From: an uncultured Gammaproteobacteria bacterium
Lineage (GTDB): Bacteria; Patescibacteriota; Patescibacteriia; Magasanikbacterales; GWA2-37-8
Length of the DNA: 64,000 nucleotides
Direction of reading: 5' to 3'
Assembly (NCBI GenBank): GCA_964355175.1
Contig: CAYHBZ010000001.1
Location: 445-64,444, forward strand
The notes beneath the pieces are model-generated. The model was not told the origin of the DNA. It saw nothing but the letters and a program-made list of their open reading frames with translations, and ran no database searches. A program made the translations under genes and the position numbers. Positions 8,414 to 19,073 of this stretch are shown here, piece by piece (position 1 is the stretch's first letter; each line of letters begins with the position of its first letter).

Positions 8414-10327
8414 ATGTCAAAAGTACTTGGAATCGACTTAGGTACAACCAATAGTTGTATGGCTATCATCGAGGGGGGCCAACCAAAAGTTCTCGAAAAT
8501 AAAGAAGGTGCACGCACCACTCCGTCCATCGTGGCTGTGAATAAATCAGGCGAACGCTTGGTAGGTCAGCTGTCCAAACGTCAGGCTGTGACCAATCCGG
8601 AAAATACTTTGTATTCCATCAAGCGCCTGATCGGTCGCAATTGGAATGACGAAGAAGTACAGCGCGATCTCAAACTCATGCCTTACAAGATTGTAAAATC
8701 TGGTGAAGGTGTGAAAGTGGTAATGCAAGGTAAAGAATATTCTCCTCAGGAAATCTCGGCCATGATTTTGCAAAAAATGAAAGCCGATGCCGAAGAACGC
8801 TTGGGAGAAAAAATTACCGAAGCAGTAATTACCGTACCAGCTTATTTTGATGATTCTCAGCGCCAGGCTACCAAAGACGCCGGTGAAATTGCCGGTCTAA
8901 AAGTGTTGCGTATTATCAACGAACCAACTGCCGCCGCTTTGGCCTATGGTTTTGATAAAAAAACTGAACAAAAAATCGTAGTTTACGATTTGGGTGGTGG
9001 TACTTTCGATGTGTCTATCCTTGAAGTCGCTCCAGACAATGTGCAGGTGCTTTCTACCAACGGTGATACTCATCTTGGTGGTGATGATTTTGATCAAGTA
9101 ATTATTCAATGGATTTTGGATGAATTTAAAAAAGATCAAGGCGTAGATTTAGGCAGAGATCCTTTGTCTTTGCAGCGTATTAAAGAAGCTGCTGAAAAAG
9201 CCAAGATCGAATTGTCCACTGCTCAAGAAAGTGAAATCAATCAACCATTTATTACTTCCGATGCCAACGGTCCGAAACATTTGGTTTTGAAATTGACTCG
9301 TTCTAAATTGGAAGAATTGGTTGGCGGTCTCGTAGAAAAAACTTTGGGTCCAGTGAAAAAAGCTCTCGAAGATGCCAAACTTTCTCCTTCTGATCTCAAC
9401 GAAGTAATCATGGTCGGTGGTATGACTCGCATGCCATTGGTGTTGGCTACTGTCGAAAAATTCTTTGGTAAAAAACCAAACATTAGTGTGAATCCAGATG
9501 AGGTGGTAGCTATCGGTGCGGCTGTGCAAGGTGGTGTGCTCAAAGGCGATGTGAAAGATGTGTTGTTGCTTGATGTGACTCCATTATCATTTGGTATCGA
9601 AACTATGGGTAGCGTGATGACCAAACTCATCGAACGCAATACCACTATCCCAACTTCTAAATCTCAAACTTTCTCCACGGCCGCTGACAACCAGCCAAGT
9701 GTAGAAATTCATGTATTACAAGGTGAGCGTCCAATGGCCGCTGACAACAAATCTTTGGGTCGCTTTATTTTGGATGGTATCCCAATGGCTCCTCGCGGTA
9801 TTCCGCAAGTCGAAGTGACTTTTGATATCGATGCCAACGGTATCTTGAATGTAAAAGCCAAAGACAAAGGTACTAACAAAGAACAAAGTATTCGTATCGA
9901 AGCCTCCACTGGTCTTTCCAAAGAAGAAATTGAAAAGATGAAAAAAGAAGCCGAATTGCACGCTGACGAGGATAAGAAAAAACAAGAACTTATCGAAGCG
10001 CGCAATATCGCGGATTCCATGGTCTACACCACCGAAAAAATGATGAAAGATGTGGAAGAAAAGAAAGTGGAAATTACTGCCGAAGAAAAATCCAAAGTGG
10101 AAGAAAATTTGAAAATAGTAAAAGAGCTAAAAGACAAAGACGATGTTGAGGCTCTCAAAAAAGCTGCTGACGAACTATCTAAAGCTGCTCAAGCGGTGGG
10201 TATGAAGATGTATCAGAAAGAACAAGACGCTGCCAAAGGGGCTCCGGGTGCCGCTGGTACTGAAGGCGCCGCTCCTGGTACCGACAAAAAAGAGGAAGGC
10301 CCAATTGAAGGGGAAGTAGTGAAATAA
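8414..10327 (+). CDS. dnaK: Chaperone DnaK
   Basis: [30 protein letters not shown]. Confidence 0.99.
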   Translation: MSKVLGIDLGTTNSCMAIIEGGQPKVLENKEGARTTPSIVAVNKSGERLVGQLSKRQAVTNPENTLYSIKRLIGRNWNDEEVQRDLKLMPYKIVKSGEGVKVVMQGKEYSPQEISAMILQKMKADAEERLGEKITEAVITVPAYFDDSQRQATKDAGEIAGLKVLRIINEPTAAALAYGFDKKTEQKIVVYDLGGGTFDVSILEVAPDNVQVLSTNGDTHLGGDDFDQVIIQWILDEFKKDQGVDLGRDPLSLQRIKEAAEKAKIELSTAQESEINQPFITSDANGPKHLVLKLTRSKLEELVGGLVEKTLGPVKKALEDAKLSPSDLNEVIMVGGMTRMPLVLATVEKFFGKKPNISVNPDEVVAIGAAVQGGVLKGDVKDVLLLDVTPLSFGIETMGSVMTKLIERNTTIPTSKSQTFSTAADNQPSVEIHVLQGERPMAADNKSLGRFILDGIPMAPRGIPQVEVTFDIDANGILNVKAKDKGTNKEQSIRIEASTGLSKEEIEKMKKEAELHADEDKKKQELIEARNIADSMVYTTEKMMKDVEEKKVEITAEEKSKVEENLKIVKELKDKDDVEALKKAADELSKAAQAVGMKMYQKEQDAAKGAPGAAGTEGAAPGTDKKEEGPIEGEVVK

Positions 10328-10396
10328 TCCAATTTAAATGATATAATATGCGGGCAGACATTTCGTCTGCCCTCGTATTTATAAAAAGTATACCAT

Positions 10397-10837
10397 ATGT
10401 CCGATAATTTTGAAGCCGACCAAATCGCCGCCGCTGAAATGGGCAAGCAAGATCTAAATAAATTTAGAGCGTATTTTGATCGTTTAAAAGAAAAATTTGC
10501 TAGCAGTAATGGTACGATCGTTTTGGTAAACTCGGAAAATATCGGACAGCCGGAATTAGATGTTTATAAAAAATTTGTTACTTTTGTAAAATCTCTCAGT
10601 GCCGATAATTGTGATTTTAATCAGGTGGTGGCTACTAGCAAAGAGTTGATAGAAGAAGCAAAAAATTGCCCGGAAAAAAATTTTTCCGCTTGGATAAAAA
10701 ATGAAATTGGGCCGTTTTTAATGTTGAAATTTTTGGCTACCAGTTGGGAAGGGTCTGTTGATGATGAAGATGACAGAGGTGTAAAATTTGTAGTTGATTA
10801 TGCTATTTTCAATACTGATCCAGAAAATTTGTACTAA
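10397..10837 (+). CDS. Hypothetical acidic protein between dnaK and dnaJ
   Basis: 146 aa ORF filling the intergenic space; no recognised motif. Confidence 0.65.
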   Translation: MSDNFEADQIAAAEMGKQDLNKFRAYFDRLKEKFASSNGTIVLVNSENIGQPELDVYKKFVTFVKSLSADNCDFNQVVATSKELIEEAKNCPEKNFSAWIKNEIGPFLMLKFLATSWEGSVDDEDDRGVKFVVDYAIFNTDPENLY

Positions 10838-10853
10838 ATTCCGTAAATAAATT

Positions 10854-11945
10854 ATGTCCAAAGATTATTATAAAATATTAGGGGTTGAAAAAAACGCCAC
10901 TGCCGATGAAGTCAAAAAAGCTTTCAAGAAGGCGGCGATGCAACACCATCCCGATAGACCCGGCGGCGATGAAAAAAAATTCAAAGAAGCCAACGAAGCC
11001 TACCAGGTATTATCCGACGCCGATAAGCGCGCTAAATACGACCAGTTTGGTTCAGATTTTGAACAGCAGGGTGGATTTGGCGGTGGCGGTAATTGGGATG
11101 ATTTCATGCGTTCGGCTCGCGGTGGTCAGGGCGGTTTTCAGTTTGAAGGCGATCTGGGAGATATCTTTGGTGAAATGTTTGGATTTGGTGGTGGCCGCTC
11201 TCGCGGTGCTTCGCGCCAATCTCGTGGCCACGATATCCAAGTAGATGCAGAGCTGGAATTCAAAGAAGCGGCTTTTGGTGTAGAAAAACATATTCATCTG
11301 CGCAAACAAAGTGCTTGTGATGTCTGTAGTGGTAGTGGTGCTGAGCCTGGCTCCAAATTAGATACCTGTAGCACCTGTAAAGGCCAAGGGCAAGTAGTCC
11401 AGGTCCAGCGCACATTTTTGGGTGCTATGCAGACCGTAGTGACTTGTACCGATTGTCAGGGCAGGGGACAGAAGCCAAGTAAAAAATGTAAACATTGTAG
11501 TGGTAGTGGCGTAATGCAAAAAGATCAGGATATTACCGTAAAAATACCAGCTGGTATTGATGAAGGCGAATCTATTCGTCTCACTGGTTACGGTGAAGCC
11601 GCTGGACATGGAGGTCAAAGCGGAGATTTGTATGTGCGCGCCCATATTAAACCAAATAAATATTTTCATCGTGAAGGTTTTGATGTGTACACTCAAAGTG
11701 AAATTAGTTTTCCTCAAGCCGTGCTTGGTGATAAAATAGAGATAGAAACAATAGACGGTCCGGTGAAACTCATGATACCCGAAGGAATTGAATCCGGACA
11801 ATTGATAAAAGTAAAAGGTCACGGCATAACCCATCTTGGTCGCACCAGTCGCGGTGACCAATTTGTAAAAATAAAAATTCGCGTGCCAAAAAGATTTAGC
11901 CGCGAAGTGCGTAAAAAATTGGAAGATTTAAAAGACGAGTTGTAA
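10854..11945 (+). CDS. dnaJ: Chaperone DnaJ
   Basis: J-domain HPD, G/F region, four CxxCxGxG repeats. Confidence 0.99.
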   Translation: MSKDYYKILGVEKNATADEVKKAFKKAAMQHHPDRPGGDEKKFKEANEAYQVLSDADKRAKYDQFGSDFEQQGGFGGGGNWDDFMRSARGGQGGFQFEGDLGDIFGEMFGFGGGRSRGASRQSRGHDIQVDAELEFKEAAFGVEKHIHLRKQSACDVCSGSGAEPGSKLDTCSTCKGQGQVVQVQRTFLGAMQTVVTCTDCQGRGQKPSKKCKHCSGSGVMQKDQDITVKIPAGIDEGESIRLTGYGEAAGHGGQSGDLYVRAHIKPNKYFHREGFDVYTQSEISFPQAVLGDKIEIETIDGPVKLMIPEGIESGQLIKVKGHGITHLGRTSRGDQFVKIKIRVPKRFSREVRKKLEDLKDEL

Positions 11946-11956
11946 TTTATCCTTTC

Positions 11957-11987
11957 AAAAGTATACCAGAAATGGTATACTTTTTTT
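11957..11987 (+). terminator. Intrinsic terminator after dnaJ
   Basis: AAAAGTATACCA-gaaa-TGGTATACTTTTTTT. Confidence 0.75.
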
Positions 11988-12545
11988 ATGCAAGATTTAT
12001 CTGATAAAGAATTGGTAGAAAAGGCGCAAAAAGGGGATGTGCGTGCTTTTGAGCAGTTGCTTTTTCGTTATGAAAAGCAGATTTTTGGCTATCTATTGCG
12101 TTTTGTGAATCAAAAAGAAAACGCCGAAGATGTCACACAGGAAACATTTATCAAGATTTATCGCAGTTTGCACACTTTTGATCCAGATTATAAATTTAAG
12201 ACTTGGGCTTACACCGTGGCCACTCATACAGCCTATGATTGGCTAAGAAAAGCCAAAAAGACTCACGAATTATTTATTATTGATGATCCGGACAGCGCGT
12301 TTGAAACAATTGGTGAGTCCACTGCGTATAAAGATTTAGAAAACAAGGAAAATAAAGAGCTCATTGACAATGCAATCAAAAAAATAAAACCTGGTTATCA
12401 GGCCGTGTTGCTCTTGTTTTATCGAGATGAACTGGGTTATGAAGAAATCGCCGAGGTTTTAGAACTGCCTATAAATACAGTGAAAACTCATTTATATCGG
12501 GCGAAAAAAGCTTTAAGCGAAGAATTAAAGAATCCATATGAATAA
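11988..12545 (+). CDS. ECF sigma factor (SigW-like)
   Basis: Region 2 AEDVTQETFIK..FKTWAY, region 4 YEEIAEVLELPINTVKTHLYRAK. Confidence 0.95.
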   Translation: MQDLSDKELVEKAQKGDVRAFEQLLFRYEKQIFGYLLRFVNQKENAEDVTQETFIKIYRSLHTFDPDYKFKTWAYTVATHTAYDWLRKAKKTHELFIIDDPDSAFETIGESTAYKDLENKENKELIDNAIKKIKPGYQAVLLLFYRDELGYEEIAEVLELPINTVKTHLYRAKKALSEELKNPYE

Positions 12546-12957
12546 TGAAGAGCAAAACATCTCGAGTAAAATAGAAGAAATTCCCCCAAAAATGCACGGC
12601 GATATCATGCGTTCGGTCCAAGTGGTACGAAAGCGTTATTATCTCTTTGGGCTAATTACGTTTTTTGTGGCTATTTTGGCGCTGATGGTGCGCGTGGTTT
12701 ATATAAAAATGTCCGAAGAAGGAACCTTTGAATTTTTGCCGGTGATGGTGGATATTATTAAAAGTAATCTTTCTTTAGTTACGGATTTTAGTGATGAAAT
12801 ATTCGAATTTTTTCCGATTGAAAATATTGGTATAATAATTCTGGTTTTGACCGCTGTAATCATTTTATTATTAATAGTTTTTCGTTTCAGAAAAGCTCTT
12901 TTTCTCAAGGTCGATAAATTTTCTGACAGAAAAAATAATCAAAAAAGTAAAAAATAA
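12538..12957 (+). CDS. Two-TM membrane protein, putative anti-sigma factor
   Basis: Overlaps the sigma stop codon; two hydrophobic helices. Confidence 0.6.
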   Translation: MNNEEQNISSKIEEIPPKMHGDIMRSVQVVRKRYYLFGLITFFVAILALMVRVVYIKMSEEGTFEFLPVMVDIIKSNLSLVTDFSDEIFEFFPIENIGIIILVLTAVIILLLIVFRFRKALFLKVDKFSDRKNNQKSKK

Positions 12958-12976
12958 ATTAAATTTAATTTTATCT

Positions 12977-13621
12977 ATGAAAAAAATATTATCCAGTTTG
13001 TTTGTTTTGGGTCTAATGCTTTCCGCTCTTCCAGCTTCCGCAGTTGAGGTAAACGCCAACGCCAATGTAAAAGCTGAAACAAAAATTGAAGCCAAGGAAG
13101 TCAAGAAGGAAATAAAAAATATCATTAAAGAAACCAAAGAGGCCAAGAAGGAGATAACTCAGAAAGCGGTAATGGAGAAAAAAGCCGTTACTCAAAAAGC
13201 CGTCGCCGATCGCAAAGCGATTAACGAAAAAGCCAAGGAGATGGTTCAAAAATTAAAAGATGAAAGAAAACAAAAGCAAGAAGTAGTCAAAGCCAAAGCG
13301 GTGGCTATAAAAGCTTTGGAAAAGACTAAGGTAGAAGCCAAGAAAGCTGCTCAAAAAGAATACAACGAAGCTTTGAAAAAAGCCGGTGTTGATCTAAAAG
13401 TAGCTGTTGCCAGCAGTGCCGATGCTGTGGCCAAGAAAGCCGCCGTCACTGTTTTTAACACTACCAAGAAAGCCGCTTTAGAGAAGTTTAAAGTCACAAA
13501 TAAAGCCGCTGAAGCCGCTTTTAAAGCCGGTAAAGCCGCGCTGAAAGCCCAGGTTGTAGTCAGTGCTAGCGCTACTACTACTGGTTCTGCCAGCACTCAG
13601 ACTACTACCACCGCTCAGTAA
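12977..13621 (+). CDS. Secreted Lys/Ala-rich coiled-coil protein
   Basis: Signal peptide MKKILSSLFVLGLMLSALPASA, K/A/E-rich body, S/T-rich tail. Confidence 0.8.
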   Translation: MKKILSSLFVLGLMLSALPASAVEVNANANVKAETKIEAKEVKKEIKNIIKETKEAKKEITQKAVMEKKAVTQKAVADRKAINEKAKEMVQKLKDERKQKQEVVKAKAVAIKALEKTKVEAKKAAQKEYNEALKKAGVDLKVAVASSADAVAKKAAVTVFNTTKKAALEKFKVTNKAAEAAFKAGKAALKAQVVVSASATTTGSASTQTTTTAQ

Positions 13622-13630
13622 ATTAAAATT

Positions 13631-13664
13631 AAAAACCTCTCGATTATTTTGAGAGGTTTTTTTT
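13631..13664. terminator. Bidirectional terminator
   Basis: AAAAACCTCTC..GAGAGGTTTTTTTT between convergent genes. Confidence 0.7.
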
Positions 13665-14054
13665 GTCCAAAGTTTCGTTTACTTGTTTGTCGGCTTCTTT
13701 ATTACTTTCACGAAATATATGGTGGTAAGTGATTTTTTTGAAAGCAGTGGAGGCGTTGTAAGCTTGGACAAATAATTTTTGCAGTCCAGGATCGCGAACT
13801 TTATATTTGCCCTGCATTTGTTTGGTCACTAGCTCACTGTCGAGCCGGCATTCCACTTCGGTCGCACCTAGTTCTTTGGCGCGTTTGAGCGCGGAAATGA
13901 GTGCGGAATATTCGGCAAAGTTGTTCGTTTGCTCACCCAGATATTCGCCATAGGCATCAATAGTATGTCCGGCTTCATCTTTTATGACAATCCCAGTCGC
14001 CGCTGGACCGGGGTTGCCGCGCGCACCGCCGTCCGTAAAAGTAATTAATCGCAT
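13644..14054 (-). CDS. rnhA: Ribonuclease HI (archaeal/actinobacterial type)
   Basis: FTDGGARGNPGPA, TNNFAEY, DSELVTKQ, RESNKEAD. Confidence 0.9.
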   Translation of the reverse strand: MRLITFTDGGARGNPGPAATGIVIKDEAGHTIDAYGEYLGEQTNNFAEYSALISALKRAKELGATEVECRLDSELVTKQMQGKYKVRDPGLQKLFVQAYNASTAFKKITYHHIFRESNKEADKQVNETLDKKNLSK

Positions 14055-14060
14055 ATTATT

Positions 14061-15389
14061 TTAATAATTTATTTTCCACAGTCCATCTTGATTGTCTAGC
14101 TTACCGGAAAAGTATAAAATTCTATTTTGTCCATCGGACACGGCATCGGAAATAGATTGGTTAATTAAGGTATGGTTTACAAAATAGTAGGGGAACAGAA
14201 CAGTCATTTTATCAGCCCAAATCAGGCCTAGTGTATTGTTTTCGTCCAGCACTACTACTTTATTTAATTTTTCACCGGAACGATTCAATAAAAACGGTTC
14301 TTCGCCGCGGCTATAGGTGGTAATTTCCCACGGTGTCCACATTATCCACCAATTATTATAAGGCGAATTTAAAAATTTTTCACCATAAAAATTATATTGA
14401 GATCCCTGATAGCCCAAAAGCATTTCGGATTGGTTTATTTTTTTTAATAAAATTTGATTATCGTTTGTTTGTATAAAATTCCAGTTTGGGTCATTGAGGG
14501 TGATAAAAGTTTGTTTAAAACCAAAAGTATTTTTTATTACCACAAACTGATCGGTAGAAGAAGGTTTTTGAATGCTCCATATCTGGCGATTATCCGTCCA
14601 CCAGTCCAGAAAATTATTTTTACCAAGGGTAGTTTTTTGTTTAGTGGCGGTATCGATTATTGTTAGTTGAGTTTTTGTGGAATAATAAATTTCGGCATCG
14701 TAGGCATCGCTCCAATGCCATTTGATAATTTTATTTTTTTCTTCTTTGGCTAGATCCCAATTTTGTTGCGGTTCGGTGGTGTCTACTATCTGAATCTGAG
14801 AATTATCATCCGCGCCAATAGCAAAAATATTAGCGTTTTCAAACCATTGGATTTTATATTTTTTGAGTTTATCGCTGGTTAAAATAAGAGTATCTTGCTT
14901 CTCTACAAGATCACGCAGATAAAATTCCTGATTTTTTTCATTATTTTTTTGATATACGAGATATTTTTTATCGGCTGACAGTGATAGTTCTCCAACTTGT
15001 CCGTCAATAATTTTTTCCGCAACTGATTTTTTTATTAATTTTATTTCCTTGATATAGACAGTCTGTTTGGTTTCTACGGTAATTTCTTTTTCCCAGTCAT
15101 AAAATCCATCCGCGGTGATTTTTATTTTATATTTGCCCGGAGAAACATTTTTTAGACGAAGCGGCATTTTACCGGTGATTTTCATGTCGTTCAAAAAGAC
15201 GGCGGCATTTTTTGGTAAAATATCCACACTGATTGCGCCGATTTCTTGGATGATGCCGTTTTTGAAATCATAGCGATAGCCAGCCGTATACATTACCAAT
15301 AGGGGGGAGATGATGAAAAAAGCGGTAATAAAAAAAGCCAACATTGTTAGTCGCCATGGTCTGGTAAATTTACTCCCAGGATATTCCAT
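14061..15389 (-). CDS. PEGA-domain membrane-anchored protein with beta-propeller-like C-terminus
   Basis: Probable start MEYPG at 15389; TM then YTAGYRYD, PEGA (PKNAAVFLN..PGKYKIKI..GFYDWEK). Confidence 0.75.
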   Translation of the reverse strand: MEYPGSKFTRPWRLTMLAFFITAFFIISPLLVMYTAGYRYDFKNGIIQEIGAISVDILPKNAAVFLNDMKITGKMPLRLKNVSPGKYKIKITADGFYDWEKEITVETKQTVYIKEIKLIKKSVAEKIIDGQVGELSLSADKKYLVYQKNNEKNQEFYLRDLVEKQDTLILTSDKLKKYKIQWFENANIFAIGADDNSQIQIVDTTEPQQNWDLAKEEKNKIIKWHWSDAYDAEIYYSTKTQLTIIDTATKQKTTLGKNNFLDWWTDNRQIWSIQKPSSTDQFVVIKNTFGFKQTFITLNDPNWNFIQTNDNQILLKKINQSEMLLGYQGSQYNFYGEKFLNSPYNNWWIMWTPWEITTYSRGEEPFLLNRSGEKLNKVVVLDENNTLGLIWADKMTVLFPYYFVNHTLINQSISDAVSDGQNRILYFSGKLDNQDGLWKINY

Positions 15390-15469
15390 AAGTAGGTTTG
15401 CGCGAATTAATTCTTTGTAGTATAGTATATAATATAAAAAAAGAAAAGCCTTTAAAATACGCATAAAAC

Positions 15470-16771
15470 ATGTCGTACCTTATTATCAACGGTGGAAAAA
15501 AATTAAAAGGAACGGTAGATACTCAATCAGCGAAGAATTCGGCGGTGGCCCTTTTGTGCGCGGCGGTGATGATCAAAGGAAAAACCACCTTATCCGATAT
15601 GCCTCAAATCCAAGAAGTGAGTCGTATTATTGAATTATTACAAAGTATTGGGGTGAAAACTCGCTGGGTGAAAGATAATATTTTGGAAGTAGATGCCAGC
15701 TGGGAGCTCAAGATGAATAAAATTGATGTGAACGCTTCGGAGAAAACCCGAGCCTCAATATTCTTCTGGGGCGCTTTGGCGTCTCGCGTAAAAAGTTATA
15801 AATTACCAAAATCCGGCGGTTGTCATTTGGGCGAGCGCACTGTGCGTCCGCATTGGTACGCTTTGGAAAAATTAGGGGTAAAAGTGAAATCTACCGATTC
15901 TAATTATATTGTAAAAAATTCCGCTCTGAAAGGAGCCTGTATAGTAATGTACGAATCCGGGGATACTACTACTGAAAATGTAATAATGGCGGCCGTGCTG
16001 GCCCAGGGAAAAACCACCATAAAAATGGCCTCGGCCAATTATCAGGTCCAAGACCTTTGTTATTTCTTGATAAAAGCCGGTGCCAAAATAAAAGGTGTCG
16101 GCACTACTACTCTGGAAATAGAGGGTGTGTCAGCCTTGCAGTCGGTAGATTATCCGGTGATGCCGGATCCAATAGTAGCGATGACTTTTATTTCGGTGGC
16201 GATTACTACTGCCTCAAATCTCACAATAAAAAATTGCCCTTTGGAATTTTTGGAGCTTGAACTTTGTAAATTAGATGTAATGGGACAGAAGTATAAAATT
16301 AAAAATGAGCGTTTATCCAAAAATGGACATTTCAAAATCGTGGATATTGAAATAGTGCCGAGTAAACTAATGGCTCTGCCGGATAAAATCTACGGACGAC
16401 CATTTCCTGGTCTTAATATCGACAATTTACCACTCTTCATTCCTATTCTTACTCAGGCTCAGGGGCGTACGCTAGTGCATGATTGGGCCTTTGAAAATAG
16501 AGCTGTCTATGCCCTTGAATTGCAAAAATTGGGAGCGGATGTCACTTTGCTAGATTCGCATCGTCTGTGGGTAGAAGGTCCTACGAAATTTGCCGCGACC
16601 GAACTAATGTCGCCGCCGGCTCTGCGACCCGCCGTAAATGTGCTGATCTGTATGTTGGCCGCCAGTGGCAAATCAATTTTGCGCAATACCTATGTGATTG
16701 ACAGGGGTTATGAAAATTTGTACTCGGTATTAAATTCCGTCGGTGCTGATATTAAAATCGTAAAAGAATAA
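15470..16771 (+). CDS. murA: UDP-N-acetylglucosamine 1-carboxyvinyltransferase
   Basis: SAKNSAVALL, GGCHLGERTVRPH (catalytic Cys), FENR, DRGYE. Confidence 0.95.
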   Translation: MSYLIINGGKKLKGTVDTQSAKNSAVALLCAAVMIKGKTTLSDMPQIQEVSRIIELLQSIGVKTRWVKDNILEVDASWELKMNKIDVNASEKTRASIFFWGALASRVKSYKLPKSGGCHLGERTVRPHWYALEKLGVKVKSTDSNYIVKNSALKGACIVMYESGDTTTENVIMAAVLAQGKTTIKMASANYQVQDLCYFLIKAGAKIKGVGTTTLEIEGVSALQSVDYPVMPDPIVAMTFISVAITTASNLTIKNCPLEFLELELCKLDVMGQKYKIKNERLSKNGHFKIVDIEIVPSKLMALPDKIYGRPFPGLNIDNLPLFIPILTQAQGRTLVHDWAFENRAVYALELQKLGADVTLLDSHRLWVEGPTKFAATELMSPPALRPAVNVLICMLAASGKSILRNTYVIDRGYENLYSVLNSVGADIKIVKE

Positions 16772-16775
16772 ATTT

Positions 16776-18062
16776 ATGACAGATCAAATAAATCCAACTA
16801 AAGACAGAGCGCGTAAATACGCCGGAGTTTATTTTACTATTATCATGTCCGTGGCTTTGTTTGGTCTGGGTGTGGTGGCTGGTCAAGCGATGGATTCCAA
16901 ACGCCTGATAAGTCAGGCAGCAGAAAATTCCACTTGGTCTACTTCGGTTATCAATCTGGATAAAAATCAGACTAATTCCCGAGAAGTTGACTTCCAACAA
17001 TTTTGGGAAGTTTGGGATAAAGTTAAAAGTAAATACGCTAAACAACCGGTAAAAGATTCTGATTTGTTTTATGGAGCGATGCAGGGAATGGTGTCTGGGC
17101 TTGGCGATCCATATACTGTATATTTTCCTCCAAAACAAGCGGAAGAATTTAATAAAAGTTTGGATGGTGAATTTAGCGGCATCGGAGCCGAAATCGGTGT
17201 AAAAAATAACCAATTATTAATTATTGCTCCATTGTCGGGTACGCCGGCGGAAAAGGCCGGTTTGTTGCCGGGAGATAAAATTTACGCGATTGATAAGTTG
17301 GTCAGTATTAGTATGGACAGTAATACCGCGGTAGAAAAAATTCGCGGCACCGCCGGTACGAATGTGACGCTTAGTATTATGCGCGCCGGTTTTACGAAGC
17401 CAAAAGATTTTGTAATCACTCGCGCCAAAATCAGTGTGCCGTCTGTAATGTTTTCGATAAAAAATAAAAATGTTGCCTATATCCGCATCATGCAATTTAA
17501 TCAAGATACCGTACCACAGTTTGATAAAGCTATCAAACAAATTCAAGATAAAAAACTCACCAAATTAATTGTAGATTTGCGTAATAATCCTGGTGGGTAT
17601 CTGGATGCCGCTGTAGCGGTGGCCAGTGAGTGGATACCGGAAGGAAAAGTTGTGAGTGAAAAATTCAGTAACGGCGACAGTAATGATCATCATACTATCG
17701 GCACCCATCGTTTGCAAGATATAAAGACCGTGGTGTTGCTAAATGGTGGCTCCGCTTCGGCCAGCGAAATTTTGGCCGGTGCTTTGCAAGACTTTAAAAA
17801 AGCCACTATCGTAGGCGAAAAGAGTTTTGGTAAAGGTTCGGTGCAGGATTATGAAATGCTTAGTGATGGGTCGGCTTTGAAAGTAACCGTAGCTGAATGG
17901 TATACTCCAAACGGTAAAAATATTAATGAACAAGGCATACAACCAGATGTGGTGGTGAAAGAAGATTGGGCTAAACAAAAAGTAGGGGAGGATGTGATGT
18001 TGCAGAAAGCGTTTGGCGTGTTTCTTCCGAAACCTGCGGCTAAGGCGGTTATCAAAAAATAA
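16776..18062 (+). CDS. S41 family carboxy-terminal processing protease (PDZ + S41)
   Basis: GIGAEI PDZ, DLRNNPGGYL, SASASEI, SFGKGSVQ. Confidence 0.95.
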   Translation: MTDQINPTKDRARKYAGVYFTIIMSVALFGLGVVAGQAMDSKRLISQAAENSTWSTSVINLDKNQTNSREVDFQQFWEVWDKVKSKYAKQPVKDSDLFYGAMQGMVSGLGDPYTVYFPPKQAEEFNKSLDGEFSGIGAEIGVKNNQLLIIAPLSGTPAEKAGLLPGDKIYAIDKLVSISMDSNTAVEKIRGTAGTNVTLSIMRAGFTKPKDFVITRAKISVPSVMFSIKNKNVAYIRIMQFNQDTVPQFDKAIKQIQDKKLTKLIVDLRNNPGGYLDAAVAVASEWIPEGKVVSEKFSNGDSNDHHTIGTHRLQDIKTVVLLNGGSASASEILAGALQDFKKATIVGEKSFGKGSVQDYEMLSDGSALKVTVAEWYTPNGKNINEQGIQPDVVVKEDWAKQKVGEDVMLQKAFGVFLPKPAAKAVIKK

Positions 18063-18065
18063 AAT

Positions 18066-18104
18066 AAAAAATATCCCCCGACTGAGTCGGGGGATATTTT
18101 TTTT
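18066..18104. terminator. Bidirectional terminator
   Basis: AAAAAATATCCCCCGAC-tga-GTCGGGGGATATTTTTT. Confidence 0.85.
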
Positions 18105-18107
18105 GTT

Positions 18108-19004
18108 TTAAACTCTTTCTTCCCAGTGTTTATCGGTTTCTACTTCTAGTTGTAAGAATATTTTGCTGTTGAGCGCTGTTGCCAATTCCTTGCGGGCGGC
18201 AATGCCGATTTCTTTTAGAGCGCGTCCGCCTTTGCCGATGATCATTTTTTTGTATCGAGCGTCGGAGGTGGCAATAATGGCATCGATTACGATGATATCT
18301 GCTTTTACTTCAATGTTTTCTACCTTTACGCTGATAGTGTATGGCACTTCTTTACGTAGCGCCAAGAGAATCTTTTCGCGGATAATTTCTGATACCCACT
18401 GGCTTTTTCCAATGTTGGTGATTTGATCACCGTCGTACATTGGTTCGCCTACCGGTAATAGTTCAAATACTTTTGCTTTGATTGGCTGGATATGGCGATT
18501 GAGTAAAGCAGAAGATTCAAACACGGCATCAAATTCTTCGCCGAGATTTTTATAGTCCGCCAAGAATGTTTTTTCTTTTTCTGGTAGGTCGCATTTGTTT
18601 ATTACCAAAAGTTTGGGTATAGATAGTTTGCGTAAAATGGAAAGAATGAATCTTTCTTCCGCGCCGATTGGTTTGGTAGGGTCTACTACATACAATATTT
18701 CGTCGATCTCTTTTACGGCTTCTTCTACTTTTTCTACCAGTCGGCCAGCTATAGGATTATTCTTTTCCTTCAATACACCCGGGGTATCTACAAAAATAGC
18801 CTGTCCTTCGCCAGTATTGAGTACGCCGTGAATAATATCGCGGGTAGTCTGCGGTTTGTGGGTAACGGCGGCCAGTTTGGTACCTATTAAAGTGTTTAAT
18901 AGCGTGGATTTACCGGTGTTGGAACGACCTACAATAGTAATAAAACCGCATTTAAAAGCAGGTTTTTCGGCCATAGGTTTTTTGCGTTCAGGTTTTTTTG
19001 TCAT
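18108..19004 (-). CDS. era: GTPase Era
   Basis: GRSNTGKSTLLN, PQTTR, DTPG, NKCD, KH domain IIGKGG. Confidence 0.97.
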   Translation of the reverse strand: MTKKPERKKPMAEKPAFKCGFITIVGRSNTGKSTLLNTLIGTKLAAVTHKPQTTRDIIHGVLNTGEGQAIFVDTPGVLKEKNNPIAGRLVEKVEEAVKEIDEILYVVDPTKPIGAEERFILSILRKLSIPKLLVINKCDLPEKEKTFLADYKNLGEEFDAVFESSALLNRHIQPIKAKVFELLPVGEPMYDGDQITNIGKSQWVSEIIREKILLALRKEVPYTISVKVENIEVKADIIVIDAIIATSDARYKKMIIGKGGRALKEIGIAARKELATALNSKIFLQLEVETDKHWEERV

Positions 19005-19073
19005 AAAGTATTGTTATTTTTAACCATCAGTGGTATAATACTAGCGTAAAACGGTCAATATTGCAAGCTAAAT

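Noticed and set aside
10384-11968. 12-bp direct repeat AAAAGTATACCA at 10384 and 11957
   Set aside because: Short and AT-rich, one copy is a terminator arm, and it flanks housekeeping dnaJ; likely chance
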